Shown here piece by piece: positions 12,409 through 25,941 of a DNA stretch of 64,000 bases. The notes below the pieces were generated by a model that was given only the letters and a program-made list of their open reading frames with translations, was not told where the DNA came from and ran no database searches. Source of the stretch: Phoronis australis (taxonomy: Eukaryota > Animalia > Phoronida). A program made the translations under genes and the position numbers. Positions within the stretch are counted from its first letter, which is position 1; each line of letters starts with the position of its first letter. The DNA lies in NCBI GenBank assembly GCA_002633005.1, contig NMRA01000143.1:253402-317401 (forward strand). The letters run 5' to 3'.

Positions 12409-14281
12409 TTTACAGAATTTGTAAAGTGAATACGTCACGAATAGTTTGACGTTACCAATTGTACACGTCAAATGCCAACAACCAGGAATTTCCGAAAATA
12501 TAGACTCGCCCCAAAGCCAGTGTGTCCATTGGCTTATTTTCGGAATTTTTTTAAAAAGTACAACCATGCACATATTTTTGTACGGTTAGCATGTCTTGAA
12601 AATCGGACAGACTCGTTTTATTATCCTTATGTAATGTGTTTTGAAGTAAAAATTTATTTTGGCGAAACATTATATTTTGGGTCACGCGATTTCACTCAAA
12701 TGACGCTCACAGATATTTGTTGATTTTGCTGGTAACTAAGATTATGAAGGACAGTTCCTACAAACTGTGTTCGCCTAATGAGAAATGAGTATGGAAGAAT
12801 AAAATTCTTACCAGTGAGATACAATTACATACATTAAAAAGAGCGTGTTTCTTTAAAAAAATCACCAATATGTTTAAAAAAAAAACACATAAAATGTTTG
12901 CTGTTTCGGAAAATATGCCCGCTTTCTTTCCGAAAATACGGCTGAGTGGTTACATAATCGGTTTCCTTTGACGTTTTCCCATTGGCCTGTTTTCTTACAC
13001 AGTCTGACCATTTTGTTGCGACAGGGTCGGTTTCATATTGCGATTCTTTTGAACTAACACGAGTTGGTTTGTAAGGGTGGCGATTTGTCTGATATGAAGT
13101 GCACGTGCGATATCTTAGAGTGCAAACCACAGTGACAAATTTGAATTATTTTCTCCTCCTCGGTATTTTGAAAAATCATTTATAAAATCTCTGCCGAACG
13201 TGAATTTTGCTGGTTTGCCTTACTTTTCATGGTTCACAAAGCGTCCATGAAGAAAAGCAAAAATACAACGTCTTGTAAATCTTTATCCATCCATTAAAGT
13301 TCATAGTCAAAACAAAGACAAAAAATTAGGCTGATCGGGAGCAGCTCACTAGAGTACTAAAGTGCGCTATTCCGATGGTGCCCAAGTGCAAAGGCGCACT
13401 AGTCCTAAGTTGCACTAGTTGGATGGTCTACTAAACAAGCGGAACTAAGCCATTAAAATGCAATTTTATTTTGTCGCTACTCCCAAAAGCAGTTATGCCA
13501 AAAATAATTTCGTTGCATACTGTTTCCTCTTTTACATGTATACCTCATTTCCAAAGGCTGTCATGAAGTTCCGTCTGCATAAGACTTGGATGTCACATTA
13601 AAGTACTGTGCCAGTGCATAAGTATCGCGGCAGTTCAGTGTCAATTGTAGTCACTTGCGCGGATGAGTTTGAGTATCACAGCTGCCAATCTACGTTACAG
13701 GATTTTTAGGTGGATTATATTCGATTTTGCGGCAGAATTGAGTCAATACGATGGTTACTGTAAAACGACTCACCACGAGACCATAGCAATCAAGTTGTTG
13801 CCAATTCACAAACAAGAAGTTTTCCTGCTCAACCACATTTACAGGAACAAATCTCAAAAGGTATCCCACTCGCGAATTGCCCAAAAACAACTTACTTCAA
13901 AGGTAATAATGACTTACGGAGAGGTCCCACGTTTTGAGAAACATTTGTCTCCACTGAACTAACGGCAAACTGGTTTTCAAAATCCAAGACCCCCTGTAGG
14001 TGACTATCACCAATTCAAAATTAGGGTTCAACACTTTCAAATTTGTGACATTCATGGAGTAAAACACACTTCTCCCTTCAATTTCACTTGGCTGGTGGGC
14101 AAATTAGTAACCAGTCAGAACCAAATTGCAGAGGGGCCTGAGCTATAACAACAAGGCTGGCACCAGAGGGATAAATCATGAAACGCATGCAATGAATTTC
14201 GCTAAATTAAAACTTTTATCTGTATAAGTAGTGCAAAAACAGTCCATGTACATTATCTGAACAGAAAACTTTAAGGTTATG

Positions 14282-14435
14282 CATGGGCGGCGCAGCACTG
14301 AAAAAAGTGGGGGGGGGGGCTAAAGTCCCCTCAGCCCCCCTGTGGAGTAACGCATATAGACCATGTGCGGCGTAGTACTGAAAAAGTTGGGGGGCTATAG
14401 CCCCCCCCCCAGCCCCCTATGGTGCGCCGCCCATA
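14282..14435. mobile_element. MITE with CATGGGCGGCGCA terminal inverted repeats, copy 2
   Basis: Highly similar to 9197-9341 in the same orientation; no matching TSD is visible. Confidence 0.75.
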
Positions 14436-17329
14436 CATTACAGTTCAGACACCTACGCCCATATGCCACACGTTTTACTCAGTTTTATCACAGAACTCTA
14501 GTTCCTCAATGGTTTTATCATGGTTTTGAAACTTTTTCTGTAAATCCTGGGACCCAGCAAACACTGTCATTGGGTTTTAGGTTTATCCACCCTTACGCAG
14601 TCAGTTTCGACTGTTGCGTATCGTGATGGCACTATACTTGCCAGTTGTCAAAGAGTACATCAGGGGCTTTTCAAAACGAAGAATGCTCCGTGAGAGAATC
14701 TTTGGGTTGGCCAACCAGTCCAGCATGCTTATCGTTTATGCTGTTCGTCCGAAGGTTTCTTTCTCAATCACGAAGATGAATGTTAAAACCGATGGCTAGT
14801 GAAGTTTTTAAGTTCAGTTTAATAAGCTTAACAATTTAATTCATATGTTTCCGTCAAAAAAGTTTTGATTTAGGTTACTTTTTATCGTTGTAAAATTGAA
14901 TAATTGCTCGCCTCGAGCTCACTCGCTCTCCATCAGTCTCGTGAAGAACTAACACTTATGTCATTTCCTCGTGCCGTGACTTGAAATTCTATAAACTTGG
15001 AAATAACGAACTGTACGTCATTCTTTCATAGTTCGGGAATCATTCCTCAACTGCAGTACGGGACAAAAGGACGCGAGGGGGGACGGGGGCACGTGAGCCC
15101 TCTAATAATTTGCAGCGCGGCGAAACCGCGTTGATCGGCTTAGGGTGGACTAGACAAGGAAAGAAAAACATCGAAACATGCAACATAGAAAAAAATAACG
15201 ACTTATCCATGACCTATCACTGAAGGATCTTTTTTCTTAATCAAATATCTTGCAGAGCAAATTGATTCGGATTTTTAAAATCAAGACAACAGTTTTCATA
15301 GGAAATACAAAACTGTATTACTCCGGGGTCAGGAGGGTCACCCGATGAGGGATTTTAACTGTCATACTTTTCCGGTATTTTAATGATTTATTCTCTCACA
15401 TTAAGGAGCTTCTCTCCCACAGGGTCCTCTCTTAGAAATGCGGCCCTTTTGCCTTCCCTGTATAACCAGCAATGTCAACTATTCACGAAGTGAAATAGAT
15501 ACATTTCAAATTGGTCGAGAATGCCATTCATGTGAGGAATAGCAACATCAAGACACACGGCTCAAGCAATAAAAAACGCGAGATAGTTTCAAAAAATCAA
15601 TGGCATTGGCAGCCATCTGAAGACTGAAGTTTGAAAAACCTGAAGGTCATTTTTGTGAATTCCCGATAATATTTCCCGAAGTATTATTCTAAGAATAGTA
15701 TTTCTTTAGTAATCTGTAACGGTTCATTGGTTTGTGATTTAAATGCTTTCGTATCTACGGAAATCGTAAACAATTTTTGCCATTTAAAAGTTAAATTGCA
15801 CAAAAACATTCATTTGATGTTCCAATGAACTGGGATGCAGGCTGAAATTCGGGAAAATACGTATTAGCCGACCCCCTAGCACCACGTGCATTAGACAATT
15901 TTTGCCAATCTGAATTAATCCTCCAGGAAATCGGAGCTTCATTGGATTTTGACTTAAGTTCGTGATCTTCGGTCACTTCTAAATTATTTGTAGTCTCTAG
16001 AGACTTGGCTATCCAAGATTCAATAGATTTAGAAAAAGCTCTAAGCAGTGTACCAGGGACCAGGAACAGCACTCTTTCAAAGTGTACATTCAAAACATGA
16101 CCCTAACTAATAAAGTTATCAATCAGACCGCCCTAAACATACTTGTTTCCCTTCGCCCTATAGATACCCCCTTAAACCTCTTAGATGAGTGCAGGTATGC
16201 CAATATATTAGTTTTCCAATTTTCATTGAGTATCCGTTTTTACAGTTGAAAAAAAACTTTGTCGATCAGCACAGCAAATGACATTTATTTGGCAAAATAC
16301 ATGTACGCCGATCCCTCGGTGTAGACACATGTGTCAAACTTCAGGGCTTAGTTCTTTTAAGATGAAAATTAATTGAGAGAAGAGGAAAGTAGTCTCCTAA
16401 AAAATATTTAATTGACATTTGCCATGTAAACCCTAGCGTGTGTTATCTTGTGGGCAAAAATGAAATTTTAGATTTAACTTTTTGGAAGCAAAGTTATTTG
16501 CGAGAAAAATATTTTTTTTTGAAATCAGCCTCAGCGCTGAATCAAACATGGAACCTCGCTGTCACAGGCTGACGCTCTGATGGCACCCTTTAAGCGTGAC
16601 TGTTTACTAACTAATAAAGTCATCGGTCTAGCTTTCAGCAACAGCGAGAATTGTAATATAATCACAAAAACACCACCAACTTTGTTGTTTTATAAGCTCT
16701 GGTCAAAGCTAGTAACTTCAACTGAAGAAGACTATTATATCCAAAAAGATTCCCCAAAATACGTTTTTGACCGTGAATGCTATAATCTTCCTTTAAAAAT
16801 TCCTAACAAAATTGATAAACAAACAAAATCCGTAGTTTGTCCTGGTGAGAAAATTCACATGGTAGAGTCCCCACATTATGCTCAAACAACTTTGAAGACA
16901 TCCGCTTAACCGGTAGACTGAGTCAGTTATGTCTCAAAAACATCACGGCCTTGTTTGAAAAACAAACCGAATATAATGGCGCATTTTGACACAAATTAAG
17001 CGTGAACGTGTTTTTAGGGGACGGAATTTCGTCACTACTGTAGAGGGCATAGACATATTTGTGACAATTAAGAAGAGGCGACCTACAGACAGGAGTACCA
17101 ACTCGAAGACAGTCTCAAATCTTCACGAACATCAGTGAACAAAGCATTGAAGAAATGGTGAGGAAGGATGCTGAATTTAAATCATGGGTCGGGCTCACAA
17201 TACGTGTTCATAATTCGTTAAATACTTGATTAAAGCTGATAAACGTTGAAACGAGTGTCTGATATAAGTATATTTAAAACTGCATTTCTCCCTGTTTCGG
17301 TGGCTAAAGAACAATACAGTTCGACCTTT

Positions 17330-17620
17330 TACTCTTATAAAGTCGGTCTCATAATTCTTTGTAGTGATAAGATTCTGTTTTTTCAATGCAAGTCGCAGGC
17401 AATGCGTACATGCGCCATTTTCAATTCCGTATTTTTAGAGTTGGATAATCTCAGTATGGTTTGAAGCGTTTTCTTGAGTCATTGGCAACTGAAGTAGAAT
17501 CCCAACACGGCAACAAGTATTGTGAATACAATTTTGGAAGAGAAAAAGTCCGATTTAATTCGTTTTTAGCCCGCTTAACAGAGTGAATGCAGCTCAAGTT
17601 TAAACAGCCTGTATTGAATC
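17330..17620 (+). repeat. Dispersed repeat, similar to about 62520-62790
   Basis: Shared core GTGATA(A/G)GATTCTGTTT...CAAGTCG(C/G)AGGCAATGCGTACATG(C/T)GCCATTTT. Boundaries approximate. Confidence 0.6.
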
Positions 17621-20600
17621 AAATCTCATGATTTTCAATGCTCACTTGCGTATTTGGCTATTCAAAAGTCAACTCACAAAATACAGCACAGGTGCGGAAC
17701 ATTAGCTAGGCCGCTTCATTCGCATCGTTTTGTTAAATTTTTCCGGATTTTTCTTATTCCGTTGATCAAAGTATCTCCACATTTTTTTCTTCTCGCGATA
17801 AATGTTCAAGATTCCGGAATTTTTTCACTGAAATATAGGTTACACCTGGTACTTCTTCATTTACTTTACGCAATATTAAATAACTGATCATGAGAAGACG
17901 GAGGCCATGACCCCTGTTCCGGGCATAGACATGACAACGTAATTTTGAAAGCATTCGCAGAAATTTTTACTTGTTAATTTGGAGTCAGTTTTACGTTCAG
18001 TGAAAGATTCACAGAAAATAGCAGGACAGAGTTATAGAATATTGTAAACGGGTAAACATTTATAGAATGTTGTATACAAGTAAACATTTATAAAGTGGTT
18101 TAATCAAGTAAATATTTATAACTTTGCTCTAATTTCCTTCTTTAGTCTCGCAGTGGAATTGTGTTTCAGTAAACCTCCGTTTTATAGGAAGTTCACTCGC
18201 TCATAACGTTCCAGTCCACAAGGTCAACTCAACTGCACTGTGCAAACACGGGAAAAAAGTTCCCCTGGGGCTCGTTGTAGCGCAGTTCCGCTGTACAAGC
18301 ACATGTTAAAAGACTAATGTTCACATTTGACGGGCACTGATTGGGAAAATCTCAAAACAAGAAGCTTTTTTGCATGACCATAAAAGATTAATTTTAACAT
18401 GATTGGCTTCGGTTAATTGAGTCTCGTATAACTCACACCTGCGGGCACTCTGATTCAATTATCTGTCACAACATAGCGTTTAACACACCTGATATAAGTC
18501 TCGTATCAGATGTCACATTACAATACATAAGAGTTGTTAATAAAACCATCATTATTTGAATAACAAATATAAATTACTCCACATTAATTTCACAGTGACC
18601 GTTTACAGACACAATATGCAATGTTTATTCTTCGTGCCAAGAAAAACACAGTTCTTTCAACGCGCAGCCATTGCCGGCTTTATTGCAGAAAAGGCGAGCG
18701 ACTTAGCAAAGTTTACATAGCGATCAACCCCCACGGAGACGTACACAGTCAGATGCAAACGTCCAGTCACACCTGTAATCTTGGCGAAGATGTCGTTGAT
18801 TTAATCAAATCTGTGTGTCAAAGCAGCGATGATATTGGAATGTGTGTTCAAATAGATAAAACGCGTGTCCTGCGACACATCGTATGATGAAGAAACGAAA
18901 ACAAGCCACGAGGCTATCGAATAGGACTGATTAACTCACAGGTAACGGTGAAGTGAAACTTAAAATAGGACTTCGCTAGTCAAGAAATTCTAGTTTCGAG
19001 CTACAAATATAATTGATTAAAGGGACATATGTCACTGCTGTTAAGTTGTCCGACAATGTTGAATTCTTGACTAAAGCGCTTTCAGTTGGGGTTCAAAAAT
19101 ATTAACACATATCCGATCTTGAATTGTTGCTGACTAGATGAACACTGAGGCTACTCAAGCTAAGGCAATGTGTACAAGCGGCATTTCCACTAATTTTAAG
19201 GTTGGCCAACCCTATGAAGCGTTTAATTGGGTCGCTGATGGTTTTGATGGTCTTGCTGGTAACCAAAATAGAACCACGTCACGGTAAATGGATATTATAT
19301 GAGACCCATTATCTGAGATTCCGTGACCAATTCGTTTTTTAGACAGTTAAACCGTGTAAAATGTAGCTTTGACTTCTTTCTTCGAGTACAATTAGTGATG
19401 CCACGTATCCGATTCCAGACCACTAATAATTATGCTGTTCTATTAGCGTTCTACATTACCAACTGTACCTGTTGATATCTGAGCGAGGTTGTATAACTCG
19501 TGTCGCTCTGGGGAAACAACGGAACGGTCTAAAACACATGTAGGTGCGCAAAAGTAGTGAAGATCCCATCACTAAAATGGTTTCCACTAGCGGGTCTGGA
19601 ACTCGCGAGTGAGAGGACCGATAACAATTAATTTCCCGAAAGAAAAACGTTCGCTTCAGCCCTCAGTGAATGCTGACAGACTTCCACACGGAGTGTCCAG
19701 GTTCCCTGCCCAGTCCCAAACTCACCAATTATACTGTTATATAGTTTTAGTGTTTTGAGCTCCTTGACTGGGCATCAGCAATATACTGATGTCAACCAAC
19801 AGCACATCTCAAAATAAGTACAATGAGAGCCTATTGTTGTGACGACGGCTACACAACCCAAAATTGCTGTCACGTGAATGTGCTCAGTGTATTACTAATG
19901 TTTTCATCTATTATACTTAGTGTCAATTTGTCTATGGTTCAAATGTATTTTATCACGACAGGAGGTTTTAGATTTCAACTCAAGTATTGTAATTGAAAGG
20001 TAGAGTTCAATCAATACTTGTGTGCGCGTGTACCTGTATAGTAACATGTTCCCGATAGCTGACGTGGCTAGCAGTGATTTTCATCTGCATCCCTGTGTTC
20101 CGGAAAAGATCTCGTGGGCGATACTAGCAACAGGAATTAACGTTGTCAACGATGAAGTGTGCAGAAATTTACCGACCTACCAGTATAAAACCGGACCCGG
20201 CTATGACAAGAACTCCCCATAGGCTAAATGTAGTCTAATTCAAGTCTCACGTAAAACACCAGGTAATTTCAGATGCGCTGAGACCTGTCAAACAGGAGAT
20301 CGCAGCGGACACGGGGAGGGGCACTCGACTACACAGCTGACGGGATCAGTGCCGCCCGTAAATTAGGACACTGGAACTTTTATACCGATTAGACGAGCTA
20401 AGAGAGTACAGCAATTTAAACGAACCCATTTTATGAGAAGCTCCTTTAAGACGTCACCCTTTCATTGAGTTTCCCGGAGCATATAAATCACAATTGTATC
20501 AGGAAACCTTCTCACGTAAGGTTCAATTGCGAAAATGATCTCTTTCGCAGAGTTCCGATCCAATACACTCCGAAAATGAATCCTTTCGTGGCGGGAAATT

Positions 20601-21143
20601 TAGTCGATAAAGTCACCATTCCGTAGGGTATCGGGCTGTGAATAGAGCCAGAGCTAGACATCCCACCTACATGTATGTAGGCGTAAATATCCCCGGCACA
20701 CAAATTAGCCAGTTTCAATTTTCTGACCCACAGTTTGCTGTCTTCAAATAATTTCCAATGTATTTCAACATATTATACGGTATAACTGAAAGCTTACAAG
20801 CAATTCTCTGAATGTTTCTTTAGACTAGCAACAATTCTATACATGACAGTGCTGAGAATGTTCTCACGAGGCTCATCATTATTACAAACTGATACATTAA
20901 GCGCCCCGATTTTCTCAATGACTGATGGTCATACATGGATGAAATGTCCATCACCGTTCTAGGTACATGTGAAAGCCTGCAATATAATCGTAATAAACCA
21001 CGACATATATAAAGAATTTCATTCTATTTAAAATAATTAAGGATTTGATATCTCTGTTATTAGTTTTCTTTAGTTATTTCAAGAAGTATTAAATATTTCT
21101 TCGAATATATGTCTTTAATCGTTTTGCTTAAATTTCAGGCATA

Positions 21144-22499
21144 ATGGAATTGGGGGTAGCAGAACAAGGCTTAGCAAGGCGAGGTTTAAAAAGAGACCTG
21201 GACACCACACGGCGCACGATCCAAAAGCTCTCATTCAAAGCCGAAGACGTTATTCAGACGTACAGTCCTCCAACCGAACGAATGACCAAACTGCCGCGCC
21301 TAACCGGTCCGATGACTTTACGAGAGAAAACGGTGATCAAGCCCGCGTCGCAATTTTCCGAACACGTCGAGAACTTTCTACACGAAGTCGCAGAGGTTTC
21401 AGATAAAAGCATAGCTCTAACGAGAAAGAAATGTAAAACACTGATGACTTTGATATTCCCACGTCTACGAGGCAACAAATCTCATTTGCAATTTAGGGAA
21501 CCCGTTTTCGTCGGCAGCGTCTATGACGAACTAGCAATACTCAACAGCAACGAGGTGGAAATTCTGTTACCGTTCGAAGCCGGTGATATAACGATTGAAA
21601 CGCTCGAGGCTGGGTATATGTCCGTCCGCTTACCAAGACTTAGGAAAGGCAAATATGATGACGAAGATAAGTGGGAGTACGGAAGATCAGACGACGAACG
21701 TCACCTCAGCCCTGTCAAAACCACGAAAAGCATTTACAAAATAATAGAGAAGGCATTAAAACACCCTTTCGAAATTGAGAACGTGGAGCTGATGCCGTGC
21801 TACTCGGAAGAGAAAAACCAGCCTTACAGAATTCTTCTCGTTGTTAATGAGAAACTCAAGGTGCATATAACGCCGACAATTGCTCAAAAGGAATCGCGCG
21901 ATCTACGCAGCAATAAGCCATTCCTAGTGACGCGTCCGTACGCGTACGACGAGTACCCTAACTCCGATATCCTATGGAGATGTAACTATTGGATAAGGGA
22001 AACGAAAATAGTCGACACGGTGAAACAGGCAGACCGTGGCACGAGGCAACAAGCTTTTAAAGCCTTCAAAGCGTTCATTCTACGAGACCCTCGTTTGGAG
22101 GGGATGACGTCATATCAGTTGAAAACGATTCTTCTTCACTTCTTGGATGAAGACCTTGAACTCAGTCCGCGCTGGCAGCGAGACAATATGGAATCGTGCT
22201 TCCGGTCTCTAATGCAGAAACTGGACGAATGTCTCCGTCTCAAGAGACTGTCACACTTCTTTGTGTCGGGAAGAAATTTGTTCGACAATATGAATGAAAA
22301 GTCCCTTGCTGTGATAAGGGGACGGGTGGGATATCTCCTCAATAACGACAAGGAAGTCGTTCGGATGCTCAAAAAGAGACCGAAAAAGAAAGCCAAGTCA
22401 CAGTCCAGGGTGCGACAAGAAACGAAGAGTGAGGCGGCGTCGAGAATAGAAAGTCAAATAGCACGGAGTCCCGACAAACTGCCCACGATAACAGAGTAA
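21144..22499 (+). CDS. Mab-21/cGAS-fold nucleotidyltransferase family protein, MiD51(MIEF1)/cGLR-like, 451 aa, single coding exon
   Basis: NTase signature VGSVYDELAILNSNEVEILLP (hGS-x11-EhE), followed by HLSP, LVTRP, DILWR...ET, QADRG, TSYQLKTILLH, W...F...L and HFF...NLF, all typical of the Mab-21 C-terminal lobe. Splice acceptor TTTCAG ends at 21138, just upstream of the ATG. Confidence 0.88.
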   Translation: MELGVAEQGLARRGLKRDLDTTRRTIQKLSFKAEDVIQTYSPPTERMTKLPRLTGPMTLREKTVIKPASQFSEHVENFLHEVAEVSDKSIALTRKKCKTLMTLIFPRLRGNKSHLQFREPVFVGSVYDELAILNSNEVEILLPFEAGDITIETLEAGYMSVRLPRLRKGKYDDEDKWEYGRSDDERHLSPVKTTKSIYKIIEKALKHPFEIENVELMPCYSEEKNQPYRILLVVNEKLKVHITPTIAQKESRDLRSNKPFLVTRPYAYDEYPNSDILWRCNYWIRETKIVDTVKQADRGTRQQAFKAFKAFILRDPRLEGMTSYQLKTILLHFLDEDLELSPRWQRDNMESCFRSLMQKLDECLRLKRLSHFFVSGRNLFDNMNEKSLAVIRGRVGYLLNNDKEVVRMLKKRPKKKAKSQSRVRQETKSEAASRIESQIARSPDKLPTITE

Positions 22500-23931
22500 A
22501 TATAGGGCGCGTGTTATCGTATTGCTTTCCAAGTTAAGTCAGCACCCAGTGTCCCGCTTGGAAGCCTTCTGTAACAGAACTGACTTCCAATTTAGACCAC
22601 TTAAATTTTACGTCCCTTACTCAGATTGGAAGTGATCAGAATGTGGCATGGTCTCAAGCAGTCATTCCTAAGTCCTGGGTAGAGTTCAGTAGCTGATTCG
22701 TGGCGACAAAATCTAGCCAAAATCACGCGCTCTCATTTAAAATACACAGCAACATCTCGCGTAATCTTACGAAGTCTTGCATTTCTAGCGAAGTCCTAGC
22801 ATTATCGAACACTACCCAGACATCACTTCACATCTGAGTAGTCTGAATTGAAATGTATTTTGATGGAAAACGTATTTAATTGCAGTTTAAACTGTTCACA
22901 TGACATTTATGTGCCAAACACCGTTGCCTTGACTAACAGACACATTCTTAAAGAACTGGAGTCTGACTTATGATCTTCAACAATGCCGATATAAAATTTG
23001 CACTGTAGTTATACTATTTTAAAACGCTATATCAACTTCCTTTCTGTCATCAAATAACGTTTGATTCAAGAAATTTACCGTGATAAAACGGATCTCAACC
23101 TGTTCCCAGTTCAGTGTATGACAGCTGCATACTGGATAGCAACAATGACGTGATATTATCACACCAGATGCTGCTATTGTTGAACAATGTACCTAACGTC
23201 ATAGAACAATCAAACTTAGCGGGGGGATAAGTTAATGCAACCCAGGATAGATAACTCAGATTGGAAGCGATTTCTGGAGGATGCAAGAATTTAGAAGAGA
23301 TGGACAAACAGTGATCACTGACAGTCTTTCTGACGTCCAGAAATTATATCTAATCTGACTAATTAAGGAGCAATTTGAACTAGTTATATAACTGTATGTG
23401 GCCTAAATAAACAATTGTTTATTTACAAAATTGGGTTCATATCAGCTTTAGATTAAAGGCCATAAGTCAGACACTCTTTGCTTACGAAAATTACTTCTTT
23501 CAATTTACCAGTAAGGGTGTTTCAAAAAGTTGAACCAGGTTTGAATTTGTCAAATCCCGGCCAACTTCTTGAAAACCCTGTACACCACAATTACCAGTAG
23601 AACAACATTAACATTGGTGTCTTCAATGCACGCACTATTAAGCTGAATGCCCTGCAGGCTTTGCCAGCACTGCTGTTGAAACTTGTGTGTTTTATAGCAA
23701 TAAATTATTTTCATGGTCCATAAGCAAGTTTTCAATAATATTATTAGGGACCCTGAGCTATAATTCATTACAAAATACAGCGCTGAAAGGATGGCAGTTG
23801 CACACCTGTGTCTTACAACCATTACTCAGGCAATACAAATACAAACTGCACATTTGGCCATTTATACACTCCGTGAATTTAAAGCACCTGTGTGATGAAC
23901 CATGACCTGGTGTCAAAAACTAGCTTTCTTC

Positions 23932-24026
23932 AAAGATATGATAACAAGATTAAAGTTGTTTTGAAGGTGAGAACAACTTGCCTGTTTTCTCATTCAAAAC
24001 AACTCTAATCTCGTTATTATATCTTT
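23932..24026. repeat. About 95-bp imperfect palindrome (MITE-like hairpin)
   Basis: AAAGATATGATAACAAGATTAAAGTTGTTTTGAA...TGAGAA is inverted relative to TTCTCATTCAAAACAACTCTAATCTCGTTATTATATCTTT. Confidence 0.75.
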
Positions 24027-24728
24027 TAATTGGAATTCGCTACAATGAACCGCGAGACTTCTTGCGATGGTTACACACGGTGACAAACTTAGCCTGGAAC
24101 ACTAACAAACTTTCAAGCCAAGAAATCATGTCTAATGGGATGTGAGAACGAGATGAGACTGATTTCAAATTAGTACATGTCCTAAATCAAACCTTGTTGC
24201 TTGACAGGAGTCAAATGTTCATTTCCTACAGCAAAATCAAAATTCCTAAATTACCCGTTTGTAATACGTGCCAAAAACGACAAATGTCCCGTCCTTTCCA
24301 GGCTTGAAATGAACCGACAGGTGAGAAACATACATTTTCTTACTGCACAGATTACACAAAAAACGACCACTTCACATCCTTGACAGTAGCATTACACTCG
24401 GACATTACGGTATTTTAAAAATACTCAACTTTGCCACAACTGGCAACCCAATCAATGTGTAAACAAAATTTAAGTCAGCAAAATACACAGATATATTTAC
24501 AAATCATTTACAATTCTATTTACAACAACTTTCCATCATTCTAATACAATGGATGATTACCATTATCGTTACACAGCAGGAGTTTTCCCAAACACCATAG
24601 TCTGATTCATGACTAGTGACTTAGGATTTAAGACAATAATTTGGTTTTACGCTCCACATAAATATTTCTGGAAAACAAATAAACCTCTTTTGATCAAATG
24701 TGTAAAATCTCTGAAAATATACACACAA

Positions 24729-24852
24729 CTGCTAATTACTGAGATAATTTCTATATGTCATTTCTAGACTGCGATGCGCTCATAATAACTTGGCTAAACC
24801 ATTACTCTGCAATTGTGAAGTGGAGCGTAAGGCCAAATTTCTGTCTTAAGTC
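24729..24852 (+). repeat. Dispersed repeat, second copy at about 27444-27570
   Basis: Shared TTGTGAAGTGGA(A)GCG(T/C)AAG(G/A)CCAAATTTCTGTCTTAAGTC with collinear upstream similarity. Confidence 0.65.
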
Positions 24853-25941
24853 GCTTTGATTCTTGAAATGGACCTCAGATCTTGCACAGCTTTGAATTGG
24901 CAGAATAGCAATTTTCTACAAGATATTTACACTATGTGCTTGTTCAGCCAGCCAGATTTCAAACGATTAAAAACCTTAAAAAGTGGTCCATTACCACAGA
25001 CTGAGAGTGTCTTACATGCAAGACAATAGGAGAACATACTCGTGGTCCCTCCCGTGTCTAGTTACAAGCAAAACAGTAGCAGAACATAGTCGTGCTCCGT
25101 CCCATGTCTAGTTAGAACTTTGATTTCACTTAAAAGAAATAAAGGTGCAAGCAATATTGTACATGGCTTTGAAAATCAAGCATATCTCATGGCAAATGTA
25201 TTTCAAATTCTGCACTAATTTTGCAAAAAATAAGTGCCAAAATTGTCATTGTCCATTTTTCAAATAAGCTGATTATTTTGGTGTAAATACTGGAGCCATC
25301 ATCAAATGTCTTAGGACATACACAGTGCAAACTATTAACAGTAATAGAATAAAATTTTCTGAATCTATACTTTCGTGGAGAATTTTGAGCGTGAGCCATA
25401 TTGTGTGCTAGATAAGTGAGAAGTTACCCCACTCAATGAGCATAGCAGGAGTGACCTTGACCTTCCCTCATTCCTTAATTCTTATTAATGGACCAGCTAA
25501 CTCAAACAATGGCTCACAAGCATCCTTGTACTATACTTTAACAAAGAAATAATTAATACTAAAATATCATCTGATGCTCTACTTAAAGGAACACTATTTG
25601 CGAGAAGTGAGATCAGCCTCAGCAAAGAACAGAACCCAGATTACTTGTAGTCGCAGCGTAACACGCAGCTACTGACCCAGTTCAGCCCCATTCGGAAAAT
25701 GGCAGAATATTTAAATGCATTTCATTGATTAAGTCACCGGCCTTGATTTTAGCGAATGTCTGGCAGACAACGGCAATAAATGATGGTTTGTAATGAAAAC
25801 ACAGAATTAGACTCCAAGGCCAGGCATTCCAGATGACAAAATTTAGAATTCATAATCAGGAAAAAGGATAGGCGTGCCTCAGTTTACATGGCAATCAATG
25901 AACATGACTACAGGGGGCGCTATACCTCTGTCAAAGGTGTA

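Noticed and set aside
12409-12573. N-terminal 55 aa of the 705-aa track ORF
   Set aside because: It runs into AT-rich, repeat-like upstream sequence and looks non-coding; ATG 12408 is the more plausible start, though unproven.
15791-16909. ORFs of 100 aa (-) and 109 aa (+)
   Set aside because: No recognisable domain or convincing splice context; possibly decayed transposon sequence but unsupported.
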